From a virus (Duplodnaviria > Caudoviricetes), in the IMG/VR virus record IMGVR_UViG_3300037483_000358, positions 1-32,763 of that record: a DNA stretch of 32,763 nucleotides. The stretch is one strand, 5' to 3'. Position 1 is the stretch's first letter. The number at the start of each line of letters is the position of its first letter. Position numbers and translations under genes: made by a program. Of the stretch, positions 32,369-32,763 are shown in pieces. The notes below the pieces were generated by a model. The model saw nothing but the letters and a program-made list of their open reading frames with translations. It made no database searches and was not told where the DNA came from.

Positions 32369-32560
32369 ATGGCAAAAGTAAACGATCTGCCGAGTGAAGC
32401 TGCTCGTGGCGGAAGTGATAACGAGTCGATTCCTGCTGAGCAGCGTGCTCCTGAAGGCAATCGGATTCCAAAGACGAGTGGACCTAGAGTCGGCAAAGCC
32501 GGTGAATACCTCCCTGCGGAGTACAAGACCGCTAAGGGTAACACCCGGCAGGATCGCTAG
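32369..32560 (+). CDS. Hypothetical protein between portal and scaffold
   Basis: AAGGAG RBS, ATG start. Confidence 0.55.
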   Translation: MAKVNDLPSEAARGGSDNESIPAEQRAPEGNRIPKTSGPRVGKAGEYLPAEYKTAKGNTRQDR

Positions 32561-32565
32561 ACGAG

Positions 32566-32763
<198 letters not shown>

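Overview
The whole window is phage DNA from a T7-like podovirus (Autographiviridae-type). It encodes a single-subunit RNA polymerase, SSB, endonuclease I, primase-helicase, family A DNA polymerase, exonuclease, portal, scaffold and terminase. It is read across the late/early genome junction, so it is a circular or permuted assembly, and no host genes are visible. Unlike T7 it looks temperate: it has a tRNA-Asn, an attP-like region, a tyrosine integrase operon and an XRE-family repressor divergent from the RNAP gene. The most unusual content is non-coding and forms an apparent regulatory circuit. (1) A 17-bp pseudo-palindrome, TATACC-N5-GGGATA, recurs about 10 times; it overlaps a candidate integrase promoter and, in four copies, contains the Shine-Dalgarno of early genes including RNAP. 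(2) A non-palindromic phage-RNAP promoter candidate, CCATTYGCCTTCCG, occurs 5 times, including upstream of the RNAP gene itself and back-to-back at the integrase/attP. (3) A consensus sigma54 (-24/-12) promoter with an adjacent IHF-like site heads the early operon, followed by a ~260-nt densely base-paired leader RNA. All calls come from reading the sequence and recalled family motifs; no database search was run.
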